Positions 19,087 to 29,711 are shown, counted from the first letter of the stretch. The stretch is DNA of 64,000 bases from Chthonomonadaceae bacterium (GCA_025352825.1 JANXSG010000017.1:755-64754); one strand, 5' to 3'. Notes: a model not told the origin generated them from the letters alone. Numbers and translations are program-made.

Positions 19087-19256
19087 ATTGAAGGTGATTT
19101 GAAACCAGCGCTCATACTAGCTGAATACTAGCTGTAACAATGCTTATTGTGTTTATTCTAATTAAGTATATTCATTTATCAGAATATTCAGACGGTAGAA
19201 TTCAGTATGATATTCTGCATTCAAAATAGACAAAAACCCAACCATTCAGGAAAAAT

Positions 19257-20309
19257 ATGAAGCTATTAGGCATATTTGGCAAACAAAAACCGCTCTCTTT
19301 TCCGGAGTTTCGTGATTCCGTTCGGCTTGAAGTGCGACGCAGCAATCCTGGTGCGACAGCAGAAAACACCGATAGTGGGTTTATTCTGAGAATGGACGGT
19401 GTTCCGGTAACATGCAATCTTCGCCAACTCTACTTCGAATACAGTAAAAATCCCGCTAAACGTGAACAGTTAGTACAAGATTGGATGCGTCAGGCAGTAA
19501 GCCGTGTCCCGGAACATACATGGCTGCAGGCACGACCGACACTGCGCCCCATCCTGAAAAATGCGGAGATGATCGCTCATGCCAACGTCCAGATGAAAAA
19601 GGCGGCGGAACCAGATAGTCTTCCGTCGAAGGTGTTCGTGGGTGACCTATGTTTGATTGTGATGCGTGAAGTCGGCGGAACTCTTATTGGAGTCACCCAA
19701 AAACAGCTAGTTATATGGAATATCAGCTTCGAAGAGTGCCTTCATGAAGCTGCAAACAGTATGAATCTGCTGATGTTCCCATCCGTTACGAGTGAATTAA
19801 TGGTGGGAGCTGCTTCACGTGGTAAACAGGAAGGCGGAGAAATTGTCGGGCTAGTATTTGAGGGTGATCACCTGACCGCCACCTGGATATATCTGGAGCG
19901 ATTCCGAAGTCATCTGGGGATGATTTTGCAAGGAGACTATGTTGTGTCTATCCCGACACGCAATCGACTTACTGCCATTCGAGTTGATGAGCCCAGTATG
20001 ATTGCTTCCATGCAGACTTCGAATCGTAATTCACGAAATTTGGCATACTCGCTTACAAATCAATGTTTTCAGGTGAGCGCTCAAACTACTGATGGCGTCA
20101 TAAGTATCTACCAGAATACAGTGAAGCCTGAGGATATTTTCGACTCTCCAGCCGTGGTGACAAGGCAGCCTTCCCCTCTACGCCAAAGCCAAGATGAGGC
20201 CTTTCAACGCCCTGCAGCAATAGATTTTTCCACCTGGGGCGGAATTTCTGAGCCTATTGGCGAACCGGCAACTGTGTTTGAAAAGCCTGCACGGTCCAGG
20301 GGTAAATGA
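19257..20309 (+). CDS. hypothetical protein, DUF1444-like
   Basis: 350-aa ORF with SD; LRPILK, VTQKQL..W, VVSIPTRN pattern. Confidence 0.6.
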   Translation: MKLLGIFGKQKPLSFPEFRDSVRLEVRRSNPGATAENTDSGFILRMDGVPVTCNLRQLYFEYSKNPAKREQLVQDWMRQAVSRVPEHTWLQARPTLRPILKNAEMIAHANVQMKKAAEPDSLPSKVFVGDLCLIVMREVGGTLIGVTQKQLVIWNISFEECLHEAANSMNLLMFPSVTSELMVGAASRGKQEGGEIVGLVFEGDHLTATWIYLERFRSHLGMILQGDYVVSIPTRNRLTAIRVDEPSMIASMQTSNRNSRNLAYSLTNQCFQVSAQTTDGVISIYQNTVKPEDIFDSPAVVTRQPSPLRQSQDEAFQRPAAIDFSTWGGISEPIGEPATVFEKPARSRGK

Positions 20310-20313
20310 CCTC

Positions 20314-21357
20314 ATGCCTCAGCACGTAATACAAAAGCTCTCCAATGGTTTATCGCTCACTCGAGAGGAAGCTTTACAATCGATGCGTGGCATGATGGAA
20401 GGCAGATTTACTCCCTCCCAGATTGGAGCCGTACTGATATCACTCCACATCAAGGGTGAAACCGTGGAGGAAGTCACAGGCTTTGCGATGGGAATGCGTG
20501 AACAGCTCATACCTGTCCATGCCGCGCGCACTCCACTCCTGGATACCTGTGGTACGGGAGGCAGCAGTTTTCGAGTATTTAATGTTTCCACATGCTCTGC
20601 ATTTATAACGGCTGCTGCTGGAATCGGTATCGCAAAACACGGAAATCGCGCCGTTACAGGGGTCTGTGGCAGTGCGGATGTTCTGGAGGCTCTGGGTATT
20701 CAAGTAGAAATTACTCCTGAGCAGTGTGCAGATAGTATTGATACTGTGGGTATAGGATTCATATTTGCCCAGCGACACCATCCGGCGCTTCGTCATGTGG
20801 GGCCATCGCGTCGAGAGATAGGAGTGCGCACAGTATTCAATCTTCTGGGGCCGCTCAGTAATCCTGCCGATGCAAAAATGCATGCGCTTGGAGTTTACGA
20901 GCCTTCACTCTGTTCTCTAGCTGCTGGGGTACTCAAAGAGCTGGGAAGTACGAATGCAGTCGTGATGCATGGAGACATCGGGCTGGATGAGATTTCAGTG
21001 GTCGGCGAAACACAGATTAGCGAACTACGTGGCGGGGAAATAGTGGAGTATAAACTCAAAGCATCTGATTTTGGTGTGGATGAATCCAGGGTCGATCTGA
21101 AAGCATTGGCGCCTGCAACGACTCCTGCTGAAAACGCCGTTTTGGTACGAGATACGCTTTCCAATAGAGACATAGATGCAGGTGGCTATTCACGCCGTGC
21201 ACTAGTGGCAGTGAACGCAGCGGCAGCGCTTCGTACAGCCGGACTAGCTAAAAGCTGGCCAGAAGCAGTAGAATTAGCCAATGCATTAATTTCTGATAGA
21301 CTTGCCCTCGATAAGCTTGATGAGCTGATCGAGTTTACGAGGAGTTTGAATCGATGA
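20314..21357 (+). CDS. trpD: anthranilate phosphoribosyltransferase
   Basis: DTCGTGG, FNVST, KHGNR..GSADVLE, RTVFNLLGPLSNP, GLDEIS; ATG at 20314 preferred. Confidence 0.96.
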   Translation: MPQHVIQKLSNGLSLTREEALQSMRGMMEGRFTPSQIGAVLISLHIKGETVEEVTGFAMGMREQLIPVHAARTPLLDTCGTGGSSFRVFNVSTCSAFITAAAGIGIAKHGNRAVTGVCGSADVLEALGIQVEITPEQCADSIDTVGIGFIFAQRHHPALRHVGPSRREIGVRTVFNLLGPLSNPADAKMHALGVYEPSLCSLAAGVLKELGSTNAVVMHGDIGLDEISVVGETQISELRGGEIVEYKLKASDFGVDESRVDLKALAPATTPAENAVLVRDTLSNRDIDAGGYSRRALVAVNAAAALRTAGLAKSWPEAVELANALISDRLALDKLDELIEFTRSLNR

Positions 21358-22139
21358 GTATGCTGTCTGAGATATTAGCAACAAAACATACGGAAGTTAA
21401 GTTTCGAATGGAGCAGACTTCTGCACATGCGATGCAGGAGAAGCTAATGGACGCACCTCCAGCACGTGATTTTCGGGCAGCAATTGCCAACTCCGGTGAA
21501 ATTGCACTCCTAGCAGAAGTTAAAAAAGCCTCTCCTTCCAAGGGAATCATTCGCGAGGATTTCGACCCGATCGAAATCGCGAAGATATTTGCCTCAAATG
21601 GGGCGGCTTGTCTATCTGTACTGACAGATGAGAAGTACTTCAAAGGCAAACTCGAGTATCTTTCCAATATTCATGAAGTGGTGGACATACCGCTGCTTCG
21701 AAAAGATTTTATTGTTAATAGCTGGCAAATAGTGGAGAGCAAGGCTGCAGGAGCGGATGCCATTCTGCTGATTGTTGCCGCACTATCACCAAAAGATCTT
21801 ACAAACTATATCAAGCTTGCGACGGAGTATGGGCTAGCAGCACTCGTCGAAGTACATGACAAGGATGAGATGAAGGAAGCCATCGATGCCGGCGCTGATC
21901 TTATTGGTATCAATAATCGAGATCTCCACACATTCCGCACGAATCTATCCGTAACCCTCGATCTGGTGGCGAACCTGCCTCCCGATCCAAAACGACTCAT
22001 TGTTAGTGAAAGTGGAATATTCACACGTGCCGATGTTCTCAGGCTTCAAGAAGTGGGAGTAAACGCAATTCTGGTGGGTGAAGCATTGATGCGAGAGGCA
22101 GATATCGGTGCAAAGATGAACGAGCTTCGAGGAATGTAA
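21354..22139 (+). CDS. trpC: indole-3-glycerol phosphate synthase
   Basis: AEVKKASPSKG, SVLTD, LRKDF, GINNRDL, SESGI. Confidence 0.97.
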   Translation: MSMLSEILATKHTEVKFRMEQTSAHAMQEKLMDAPPARDFRAAIANSGEIALLAEVKKASPSKGIIREDFDPIEIAKIFASNGAACLSVLTDEKYFKGKLEYLSNIHEVVDIPLLRKDFIVNSWQIVESKAAGADAILLIVAALSPKDLTNYIKLATEYGLAALVEVHDKDEMKEAIDAGADLIGINNRDLHTFRTNLSVTLDLVANLPPDPKRLIVSESGIFTRADVLRLQEVGVNAILVGEALMREADIGAKMNELRGM

Positions 22140-22147
22140 TTTTTGCT

Positions 22148-22320
22148 GCCCTCACCCCCAACCTAGCTTCTACATTTGAACTCGGATTAAACGGATTATA
22201 TGATTTTCTAGGATTGGGCTGTGGAAATCATAGACCATGCGTAAATCCGTTAAATCCAAGTTCAGACAATTCGGTTTCCGAGGACAGAGAGAATTTTGAA
22301 TCGGAAAGGGTGTGAGGGCG
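22148..22320. repeat. CCCTCAC/GTGAGGG palindrome halves enclosing an inverted periodic repeat
   Basis: TGAACTCGGATTAAACGGATT (22177-22197) versus AATCCGTTAAATCCAAGTTCA (22244-22264). Confidence 0.7.
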
Positions 22321-22353
22321 AGATTCCTCCTTGCTGCAGAGGAGTTGTAAAGC

Positions 22354-22974
22354 GTGACGAGGATTAAAATATGTGGGATTACAAACAAAGAAGACGCGCA
22401 GGCAGCTATTGCCAGTGGAGCGGATGCCCTGGGGTTTATATGCGTTCCAGAGTCACCTAGATTTGTGGGACTGTTCCCGGGGGCTGCTGAAATTGCCCGC
22501 AACCTTCCTCCGTTTATAAGTTCTGTTGCAGTAAATAGGCAGCCATCTTTTGAACCCTGCATTGATTGTAATGCGCTCCAGTGGTATGATGCTGATACAC
22601 CGAGTAAATTCCGCTCGGAAATCAAGCTGATTCGTGCTTTTTCTATCCGAGACGCTTCCAGCCTGGATTTTATTGAGAGCGAGATAGCTCGTTTCCGGCC
22701 AGATGCCATCTTGTTGGATACCTATCATAAGAATGTGCTGGGCGGATCTGGAGAGACCTTCAACTGGGATTTGGCTGTCGAGGCGAAGAACAGATTCGAT
22801 CTTCCGATCATACTCGCAGGTGGTCTGACTCCTGAGAATTTAGCTGAAGCGATTCGCCAGGTTCGCCCATATGGTGTGGATGTCTCCAGCGGAGTGGAAC
22901 GAGAACCTGGCAAAAAAAATCACGATAAAATTCGTGAATTTTGTCGTACCGTACGATTGGTGGATTTGGAGTAG
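22354..22974 (+). CDS. trpF: phosphoribosylanthranilate isomerase
   Basis: IKICGIT, GADALGF, SPR, GGSGETFNW, LAGGL, DVSSGVE. Confidence 0.96.
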   Translation: MTRIKICGITNKEDAQAAIASGADALGFICVPESPRFVGLFPGAAEIARNLPPFISSVAVNRQPSFEPCIDCNALQWYDADTPSKFRSEIKLIRAFSIRDASSLDFIESEIARFRPDAILLDTYHKNVLGGSGETFNWDLAVEAKNRFDLPIILAGGLTPENLAEAIRQVRPYGVDVSSGVEREPGKKNHDKIREFCRTVRLVDLE

Positions 22975-22991
22975 TTACTTTTTCCTAAATA

Positions 22992-23214
22992 ATCTGGCAA
23001 AGCCAGAACCAGCAGGATTCCTACGCCTGGGGATGATGGAAATTTGAAAATCATTAGCAAACTAGTTCCGTTATGCGCCGGGCAATGAAATACCTGCCTG
23101 AGAGGCCTGCGGTCAAACACCGTGTAGGCGGTAAACGCATTTGAAAGACGCCTGTTTTTTTGATGCCGCGGGATGAGGTTAAGTGTTCCACTATTGGTTC
23201 TGGCTATGCCAACT
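22992..23214. mobile_element. 223-bp MITE-like element with 19-bp TIRs, TA-flanked, carrying a degenerate family-B unit
   Basis: TA|ATCTGGCAAAGCCAGAACC...GGTTCTGGCTATGCCAACT|TA. Confidence 0.75.
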
Positions 23215-23239
23215 TAGGTAGTGAGATGAGAATCGATAC

Positions 23240-23640
23240 TTGGATACACCCACCACATTCCTTCCATCCTACTTGGAAAAAGAGGCAGTTGACAATCAGG
23301 CTGTTGCTAAAGGTGCCACCTTCACCCTGAAGATGTTGAGATTCAGCGAAGGGGAGAGACTCTGGCATCAAATTACTCATACCATGCCTATGGTGAACGG
23401 AGCGGAGACTCATTTACGAACGGACTATTACAGGGATAAAATATTTTTGCCAGACCTCGGACCTCAATAGCGCTAACCCGACTGCTCTCACTTGGAACTC
23501 AATATGTGATTCTCGATCTACAAAATCGGTATTCTGGCATGAAGACTTATCTAGGAGATGTGTCTGTTGTGCCGAACAGTCTCCAAGCGCCATATAAGCT
23601 AATTCATCAAGATACTGAGGTGAAGGTGTACCGGCCATGA
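23240..23640 (+). pseudogene. frameshifted 3' remnant of a larger gene
   Basis: Frame with LWHQITHTMPMVNG stops at 23470; the -1 frame continues ALTRLLSLGTQYVILD...VKVYRP to TGA 23638-23640. Confidence 0.45.
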
Positions 23641-23642
23641 AG

Positions 23643-24389
23643 TTAAGAATGAATCGAGGTTGCTGTTTCAACTGCTATCAGACTGCTATCCTGCAATCTG
23701 ATCAGCAGCTTGCCATTCTCATCTATGCCTTCCGCAGTTCCTCTCCTCGTGCCTTCGGGGGTTTCTGCTTCGAAAGACATTCCTACAGTGGTATCTCGAT
23801 TACGCCACCTCGATAGAATTTCTTCCAATGACATACTTGCCATACGATTGAGGGCTTTTCCAATGGCGATAGTTATCTCTTTTACTGTGATATCTGTCAC
23901 ACCATTCAGTGCAAGAGATGTCGCTTTTTCTTGAAGTTCTGCCGGAAATGTCGTCACCGAAATATTTATTCCCACACCCACCAAAACTGTCCACTCACCA
24001 TCAGGATTTCGAAATGATTCTATCAGTATGCCACCCAATTTTTTATCCGAGAGCACTAGATCGTTCGGCCATTTAAGCCCAATGCAACAGTGTTGGATGA
24101 GATTTTCAATGCCTTCGGCCGCAGCGATACCAGCCATAAGAGAGAGCCTCGATGTATCGTCGGGCAATTCAAGCCTGTGCCTCATGAAATAAGTGACGCA
24201 TAGGCTCTCTCCAGCAGGGCAGTGCCAATCTCTTCCACGCTGGCCTCTTCCCGCAGTCTGTTCGTCCGCCATAACGCCAGCAATGCTGGGGACACCGTCC
24301 GCATCAAAGTCAACAGATCCAGACTTAATCATCGCCTTTGCTGCGTCCATGGTGGAAGTGACATATTCTAGATGCACGATTTGGATCAT
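23643..24389 (-). CDS. birA: biotin--acetyl-CoA-carboxylase ligase without N-terminal HTH
   Basis: STMD, QTAGRGQRGRDW, LKWPND, KKLGGIL, GVGIN; ATG 24389 preferred. Confidence 0.94.
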   Translation of the reverse strand: MIQIVHLEYVTSTMDAAKAMIKSGSVDFDADGVPSIAGVMADEQTAGRGQRGRDWHCPAGESLCVTYFMRHRLELPDDTSRLSLMAGIAAAEGIENLIQHCCIGLKWPNDLVLSDKKLGGILIESFRNPDGEWTVLVGVGINISVTTFPAELQEKATSLALNGVTDITVKEITIAIGKALNRMASMSLEEILSRWRNRDTTVGMSFEAETPEGTRRGTAEGIDENGKLLIRLQDSSLIAVETATSIHS

Positions 24390-24410
24390 AGATGTCAGTC
24401 CATTCAAATT

Positions 24411-24921
24411 CCGGGAGTTGAAAAATCACGGAATTAATAAAACAGGCGTCATTCAGACGCGATGCGTCTGTACTATATGTAAGAAAATTCAGATTGATAA
24501 TCAGCCCATGGAGGGAGCCTAGGCGACCGGAGATGGGCTTTGCAATTCCAGAGCGGGGTTTTAACCCCGGCGTCCAATGGGCTTTGCAATTCCATCGCGG
24601 GTATAGGGGTCGTGAAACTACTCCAAATAAACTCCAAAATAATCTCCCGCACATGCCGGGCACTGAAGTACCCGTCTGGAAGGCTTTCAGCCAACCGCCC
24701 TGCGGGCGGGAATCGCGTCTGAGAGACGCCTGCTTATTGATGCCGGGAGTTTTCAACTCCCGGAAAAGCTGCAGTACCTGTCTGGAAGGTCTGCAGCCAA
24801 CCGCTCTGCGGACACGAATCGCGTCAGAGAGACGCATGCTTTTTGATGACGGGAGTTTTCAACTCCCGGCAAACAAATCCGTCGTGTTCTGAGGAATTGT
24901 TTGGTTCTGGCTTTGCCATGT
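24411..24921. repeat. cluster of family-B repeats ending in a 19-bp TIR
   Basis: Inverted unit at 24411-24465; two ~106-bp tandem units at 24655-24869; GGTTCTGGCTTTGCCATGT|TA at 24903-24923. Confidence 0.85.
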
Positions 24922-25445
24922 TAGAGGTTTCTTATACGAGCCACCGCAGAGAGTACGGCAACCGACAGAATAATCATATCCCAAGGTTTTTGAAGAATAA
25001 TCAGCATAGCGTCAACTATTCCCAGATCACCGAGACTGGTAATGCGAAGTACTCCCATTACCATTATTCCCATTCCACTACAAATACCCACCAGAATTTC
25101 CATCTTGATTCCGCGTTTTCGACCAGAGGCGCGCAGGGCAGTCTCTGCGATAAGCAGGCCATATAAAAATGATCCCCACAGACGAAAAAAGCCAAATCCA
25201 CCAAACAAGCCCATGATGAGCCACCCACCTACTAAGCTTGCTGCAGTGGATGCAACAGCAGCTAATGCGAGGTTTTTTGCATCTGGCTGCAGCAACGCCA
25301 GACCTCCGCCTTTACTGCAGTCACGACAAAACTGCCCGGCCGCTGTAAGAACCAAGCAGTCCGGGCAGATAGGTTTATTGCATCTTGCGCAACAGAGAGC
25401 AGTTGTCGTCTTGCGGCGGCATGAACAGGGTTGATCCGCACTCAT
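24921..25445 (-). CDS. membrane protein with N-terminal B-box-like zinc finger
   Basis: CARCNKPICPDC...CRDC followed by about 4 TM helices. Confidence 0.75.
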   Translation of the reverse strand: MSADQPCSCRRKTTTALCCARCNKPICPDCLVLTAAGQFCRDCSKGGGLALLQPDAKNLALAAVASTAASLVGGWLIMGLFGGFGFFRLWGSFLYGLLIAETALRASGRKRGIKMEILVGICSGMGIMVMGVLRITSLGDLGIVDAMLIILQKPWDMIILSVAVLSAVARIRNL

Positions 25446-26143
25446 AGCGCTTTCTTTTGAGGTTTCTTTACATGGAAACTGGCATCATTTGAGCTTCCAT
25501 TTGCATCCAGTCCCAATTTAGTAAGTCGATCATTCAGACCGGTAATCATTTCTGCTAGAGCTGTGCTGAGATCCGAGCCATGCAAAGGGAGGTTATCCGG
25601 TTTGATCAGCGGAGAGTTTGCCGAAATCATTCTATTTTTGGCAAGATAGGTAAGTGACCCATAAGCTGGATTACTTGAAGCCAGCGTGATGGTAACTTTG
25701 GCCGGAAGCGCTTCCGATTTTCCCAGGTCATTTGCATCCGCAGGCGGGCGAGGCAGTCCGTTGGTGGTAAAGTCTCCAAAGCGAACAAGCACTTCAGCGA
25801 GAGCATAGCGAGTAAGTGGACGCTTTTTCCAGTTACCCTGTTTTAACATCGTTTCTGTCTTGTTTTTAATCGGGATACTTGCAGCTGTATGCCATGAGCC
25901 CGTCTCAAGTATTTTTGCCAGTTTTGCTAGTGCAATCAATGCTTGGGCATGTGTGACGATGGAATCGCCCTGGAAATGATTTGTTTCGCTCAGAGATAGG
26001 ATGTTGTTATCCAGTGACTGAGTTACTGCAGAGGCTGCCCAGTGGTTTGCCGGTACATCAGTGGGAAGGGATGCTGCATGCGCGCATGTTGGCAGTAAAT
26101 TGATGCAGATTGCAAGGCCGAAGAAGGTCTGTCGAATGTCCAT
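25442..26143 (-). CDS. exported SLH-domain protein
   Basis: Signal peptide AHA-A; TDVPANHWA..AV, F.GD, LTRYALA. Confidence 0.75.
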   Translation of the reverse strand: MDIRQTFFGLAICINLLPTCAHAASLPTDVPANHWAASAVTQSLDNNILSLSETNHFQGDSIVTHAQALIALAKLAKILETGSWHTAASIPIKNKTETMLKQGNWKKRPLTRYALAEVLVRFGDFTTNGLPRPPADANDLGKSEALPAKVTITLASSNPAYGSLTYLAKNRMISANSPLIKPDNLPLHGSDLSTALAEMITGLNDRLTKLGLDANGSSNDASFHVKKPQKKAL

Positions 26144-26219
26144 TTCATTGTTCCTTTAACAGAGGCAGCGTATATTCGGATTCCCGCATTTTGCCCCAGC
26201 CAGAACTTGCATAATGGAG

Positions 26220-27242
26220 CTATCTTTGCGATCCCAAAACGATAGAGCTATCACGGATAGCCGAAAGTTCCTCTAATGCCCGGCCCGTTCCAATTGCGAC
26301 GCAAGAGAGGGGATCTTCCGCGATCCATACAGGAATTCCTGTTGCGGCGGAGAGCAGTTTATCCAGACCTCTCAGAAGCGCGCCTCCGCCGGTGAGTACA
26401 ATACCACGTTCGATAATATCGGCTGCCAGTTCTGGAGGAGTCTGTTCGAGAACGCGCTTCACTTTCTCGACAATCGCAAGAATCGGCTCAGAAAGCGCTT
26501 CTCTTATCTCAACAGAAGTTACTTCAACTGTTTTGGGAAGCCCCGCCACCAAATCCCGACCACGAATGGGGAGTGTAAATTCCTGTTCTAGCGGGTAAGC
26601 AGAACCGATTTTAGTTTTAATATCTTCGGCTGTTCTATCACCAATCATCAGGCTGTGAGCAGCTTTGATATGCCGGATAATTACTTCATCCATACGGTTG
26701 CCCGCTACTCGAAGGCTCTCACTGGTGACAATACCTCCTAGCGAAATGACAGCTATATCGCTGGTGCCGCCACCAATATCCACCACCATATTGCCGCCTG
26801 GATTTGTGATCGGCAGTCCCGCTCCGATAGCGGCGGCCATCGGCTCTTCTATGGTGTGAGCTTCTCTCGCTCCTGCTTCCAGTGCAGCCTGCTCTACTGC
26901 CCTGCGCTCCACACTGGTCACCTGAGATGGCACACATATTAAGACGCGCGGTTTGAATAAACGGTTGCGCCCCACCACTTTTTGGAAAAGATAGTGCAGC
27001 ATCAACTGGGTGACGGTGTAGTCGGCAATCACGCCGTCGCTCATTGGTCGAACCGCCACGATATGTCCAGGAGTCCGGCCCAGCATTAACCGAGCCTCTT
27101 CCCCCACTGCGAGAACCTTTTTGGTACGGCTGGCAATCGCTACGACAGAAGGTTCGCGTAAAACGATCCCTTTTCCCCTTACGTAAACAAGGATGTTCGC
27201 CGTTCCCAGATCGACACCCAGTTCTGGTACTAGACTGAACAA
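26220..27242 (-). CDS. mreB: rod shape-determining protein MreB/Mbl
   Basis: [40 protein letters not shown]. Confidence 0.96.
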   Translation of the reverse strand: MFSLVPELGVDLGTANILVYVRGKGIVLREPSVVAIASRTKKVLAVGEEARLMLGRTPGHIVAVRPMSDGVIADYTVTQLMLHYLFQKVVGRNRLFKPRVLICVPSQVTSVERRAVEQAALEAGAREAHTIEEPMAAAIGAGLPITNPGGNMVVDIGGGTSDIAVISLGGIVTSESLRVAGNRMDEVIIRHIKAAHSLMIGDRTAEDIKTKIGSAYPLEQEFTLPIRGRDLVAGLPKTVEVTSVEIREALSEPILAIVEKVKRVLEQTPPELAADIIERGIVLTGGGALLRGLDKLLSAATGIPVWIAEDPLSCVAIGTGRALEELSAIRDSSIVLGSQR

Positions 27243-28522
27243 ACTTTTAAACCTCCCACCACGGCTCGCTCTGAGCCTCTGCTGACATGTGCTCCAAGTC
27301 CTCTGAGTTTAACCACAAGGTCCTCGTAACCACGATCCAGGTGTTCCAGTCCGTCGATTTCGGTTTCGCCTTCAGCTGCCAGACCTGCCACCACCATTGC
27401 TGCACCACCACGCAGATCGGTGCAGGAGACCGGAGCGCCGCTTAGCTTTTGCACTCCAGTAATTTTCGCATTGCGTCCTTCCACTCGAATGTCCGCACCA
27501 AGCTTTTCGAGTTCGGTGGTGTATCGGAAACGGCTCTCATATACAGTCTCTGTAACCATAGAGACTCCATCTGCGAGGGACAGGAGGGATGCGAATGGCT
27601 GCTGAATATCAGTTGGGAAACCGGGATGCGGCATTGTCTTAATATCGGTGGGTAAGATTTTACCAGTTCGTCGAACTCGGATACCTTCTCCTGTTGTGGT
27701 AATTTCTACGCCTGTCTCGGCAAGCTTAGCAAGCACAGGGCCACAGTGGCTGGGGATGGCATTGGCAATAAGGACATCCCCGCCGGTGATGGCTGCGGCC
27801 AGTGCGTAAGTCGAAGCCTGAAGTCTGTCGGGGAGTATTGCAAACTCTGTAGGATGCAGCTCCTGAGCGCCATCAATCGTTATGGTGGGAGTGCCTGCTC
27901 CGTCAATAGTTGCGCCGCATGCATTCAGGAAGAAAGCAAGGTTGATCACTTCGGGTTCCATAGCGCAGTTTTCGATGACAGTTCTGCCATTGGCGCAGCA
28001 AGCCGCAATCATGAGATGCTGGGTGGTGCCAGCGCTGGGGAACTCGAGATAGATGTTCGCCCCTTCAAAACGTTTAACTTCACCTGTGTAAACTCCATGT
28101 TCCAGATTGAGTTTACATCCTAACTGTTCCAGGCCTTTTATGTGAAAATTGACCGGGCGTGCACCAAAGTCACACCCGCCGGGCATGGCCACGGAAGCAT
28201 AACCTGATCTAGCGAGCAAAGCGCCCAGAATATTAAAGGATGCCCGCATCTGCCGTACTAGATCGTGCGGAGCGGTGGAGTTGGTGACTTTCGTTGCATC
28301 AATTTCCAGTCTTCCATTTTGCAGGAATGAAGACTGGACGCCCAAATGCCGAAATATATCTATTAGGGTGTGTACATCAAGATTGCGTGGAACATTTTGA
28401 AGAACGGTTTTTCCGGGAACCAGCAGTGCTGCTGCCATAATTGCAAGAGAATCGTTTTTACTGCCACCAATATCGACTCGACCGTGAAGGGGATTCCCTC
28501 CACGAATATAGATCTTATCCAA
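27230..28522 (-). CDS. murA: UDP-N-acetylglucosamine 1-carboxyvinyltransferase
   Basis: [18 protein letters not shown] (catalytic Cys), EPEV, GFPTD, DLRGG, RGYE. Confidence 0.96.
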   Translation of the reverse strand: MDKIYIRGGNPLHGRVDIGGSKNDSLAIMAAALLVPGKTVLQNVPRNLDVHTLIDIFRHLGVQSSFLQNGRLEIDATKVTNSTAPHDLVRQMRASFNILGALLARSGYASVAMPGGCDFGARPVNFHIKGLEQLGCKLNLEHGVYTGEVKRFEGANIYLEFPSAGTTQHLMIAACCANGRTVIENCAMEPEVINLAFFLNACGATIDGAGTPTITIDGAQELHPTEFAILPDRLQASTYALAAAITGGDVLIANAIPSHCGPVLAKLAETGVEITTTGEGIRVRRTGKILPTDIKTMPHPGFPTDIQQPFASLLSLADGVSMVTETVYESRFRYTTELEKLGADIRVEGRNAKITGVQKLSGAPVSCTDLRGGAAMVVAGLAAEGETEIDGLEHLDRGYEDLVVKLRGLGAHVSRGSERAVVGGLKVCSV

Positions 28523-28606
28523 ATGAATGATGCCTCTCTGCTCCGGTCCTTAGATTGCACGCGAATAGTTACCTGCGCACTTTATAATATCTATTACACC
28601 TAATAG

Positions 28607-28635
28607 AGTATAGCGAATAGATGCAACGCTGTCAA
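28607..28635 (-). promoter_or_regulatory. sigma70 promoter of murA-mreB operon
   Basis: TTGACA-17 nt-TATACT on the minus strand. Confidence 0.7.
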
Positions 28636-28832
28636 TAACCTGGTGAAAATTCCTGGTTTTCGCCGAAAATCCAGTATCGTAGGCGGTATACTGAAACAGG
28701 ATTTCTGATTATATTTGTTCTGAAATATTCTGTTCAACATAATACTCATAGCGGTTGATTGCATAGAAATCTTGAGATTCTAGAAAATATTTTTTGAGGA
28801 GATTGAAATGTATGCCTGGTGAAGTAGTTCCG

Positions 28833-29711
28833 ATGGACTGGATGCAGGCAGTGATGCTGGGCTTTCTGCAGGGATTGACGGAGTTCTTGCCCGTAAGCAG
28901 CACCGCTCATATGGCGGTAGTTCCGCAGTTGCTAATGCACATGGAGGATCCAGGCGCGGCTTTTTCTGCAGTCGTTCAACTTGGGCCTATCATCGCGATT
29001 ATAGCCTACTTCCGAAAAGATCTCAGAAGGTACGTGCAGGGAATGATCAAAACAAAATCGCTGGCAAATGCGCAGAACGATCTGGATGCAAGACTAGGAT
29101 GGTACACCCTATTGGGGACTGCTCCCATGGCGGTATTTGGGGTTCTGCTTGAAAAGAAGATCGACCACGATTTTCGCCGGCTCAACGTAATTGCTGTCAG
29201 TCTGATTGTGCTGGCAATTGTTCTATGGGTGGCAGAAAGGGTTGGAAAGCGGAAAGCGAACCTCAATGATATGACTTTCTCCCAGAGCCAGGTTGTAGGT
29301 TGGGCACAGGTACTGGCTCTCGTTCCGGGGGCTTCCAGATCTGGTGTGACCATAACTGCCGGACTGTTTCAGGGGTTGGACAGGGAGAGTGCCGCACGAT
29401 TCAGTTTTCTGTTAAGTATTCCGGCTATTTCGGCCGCCGGGCTCTACAAACTTATAAAGGTGATGAAAACGGCATCGTTGGGATCGGTTATTGGCCCGTA
29501 TCTTCTGGCTGCTCTGGTAGCGGGTGTTGTCGCTTACATCGTTGTACGCTGGTTTATGGGCTACATGAAAGAGCATTCAACTGGAGTTTTCATTGCATAC
29601 CGTATTGCTCTAGGTTTGCTCCTACTTTTTTTAACACATTCAGGCAAAATAAAAGATATTCCAAAATCTGGTGAGGTGGAGCCCGTCTCGGCAGCAGTCC
29701 AGATCAAATAA
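28833..29711 (+). CDS. uppP: undecaprenyl-diphosphate phosphatase
   Basis: QGLTEFLPVSSTAH, PGASRSG, ARFSFLLSIP; start may be 28812. Confidence 0.96.
   Translation: MDWMQAVMLGFLQGLTEFLPVSSTAHMAVVPQLLMHMEDPGAAFSAVVQLGPIIAIIAYFRKDLRRYVQGMIKTKSLANAQNDLDARLGWYTLLGTAPMAVFGVLLEKKIDHDFRRLNVIAVSLIVLAIVLWVAERVGKRKANLNDMTFSQSQVVGWAQVLALVPGASRSGVTITAGLFQGLDRESAARFSFLLSIPAISAAGLYKLIKVMKTASLGSVIGPYLLAALVAGVVAYIVVRWFMGYMKEHSTGVFIAYRIALGLLLLFLTHSGKIKDIPKSGEVEPVSAAVQIK

Noticed and set aside
19080..19131. TrpR operator
   Set aside because: ACTAG units are direct repeats spaced 11 and 34 nt, not the palindromic TrpR arrangement
24655..24869. possible CRISPR array
   Set aside because: Only two ~106-bp units, homologous along their whole length with no unique spacers, and no cas genes
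24325..24892. ORFs of 170, 132 and 73 aa
   Set aside because: Translations of family-B repeats; the same peptides appear at 13211-13402 and 29786-30073
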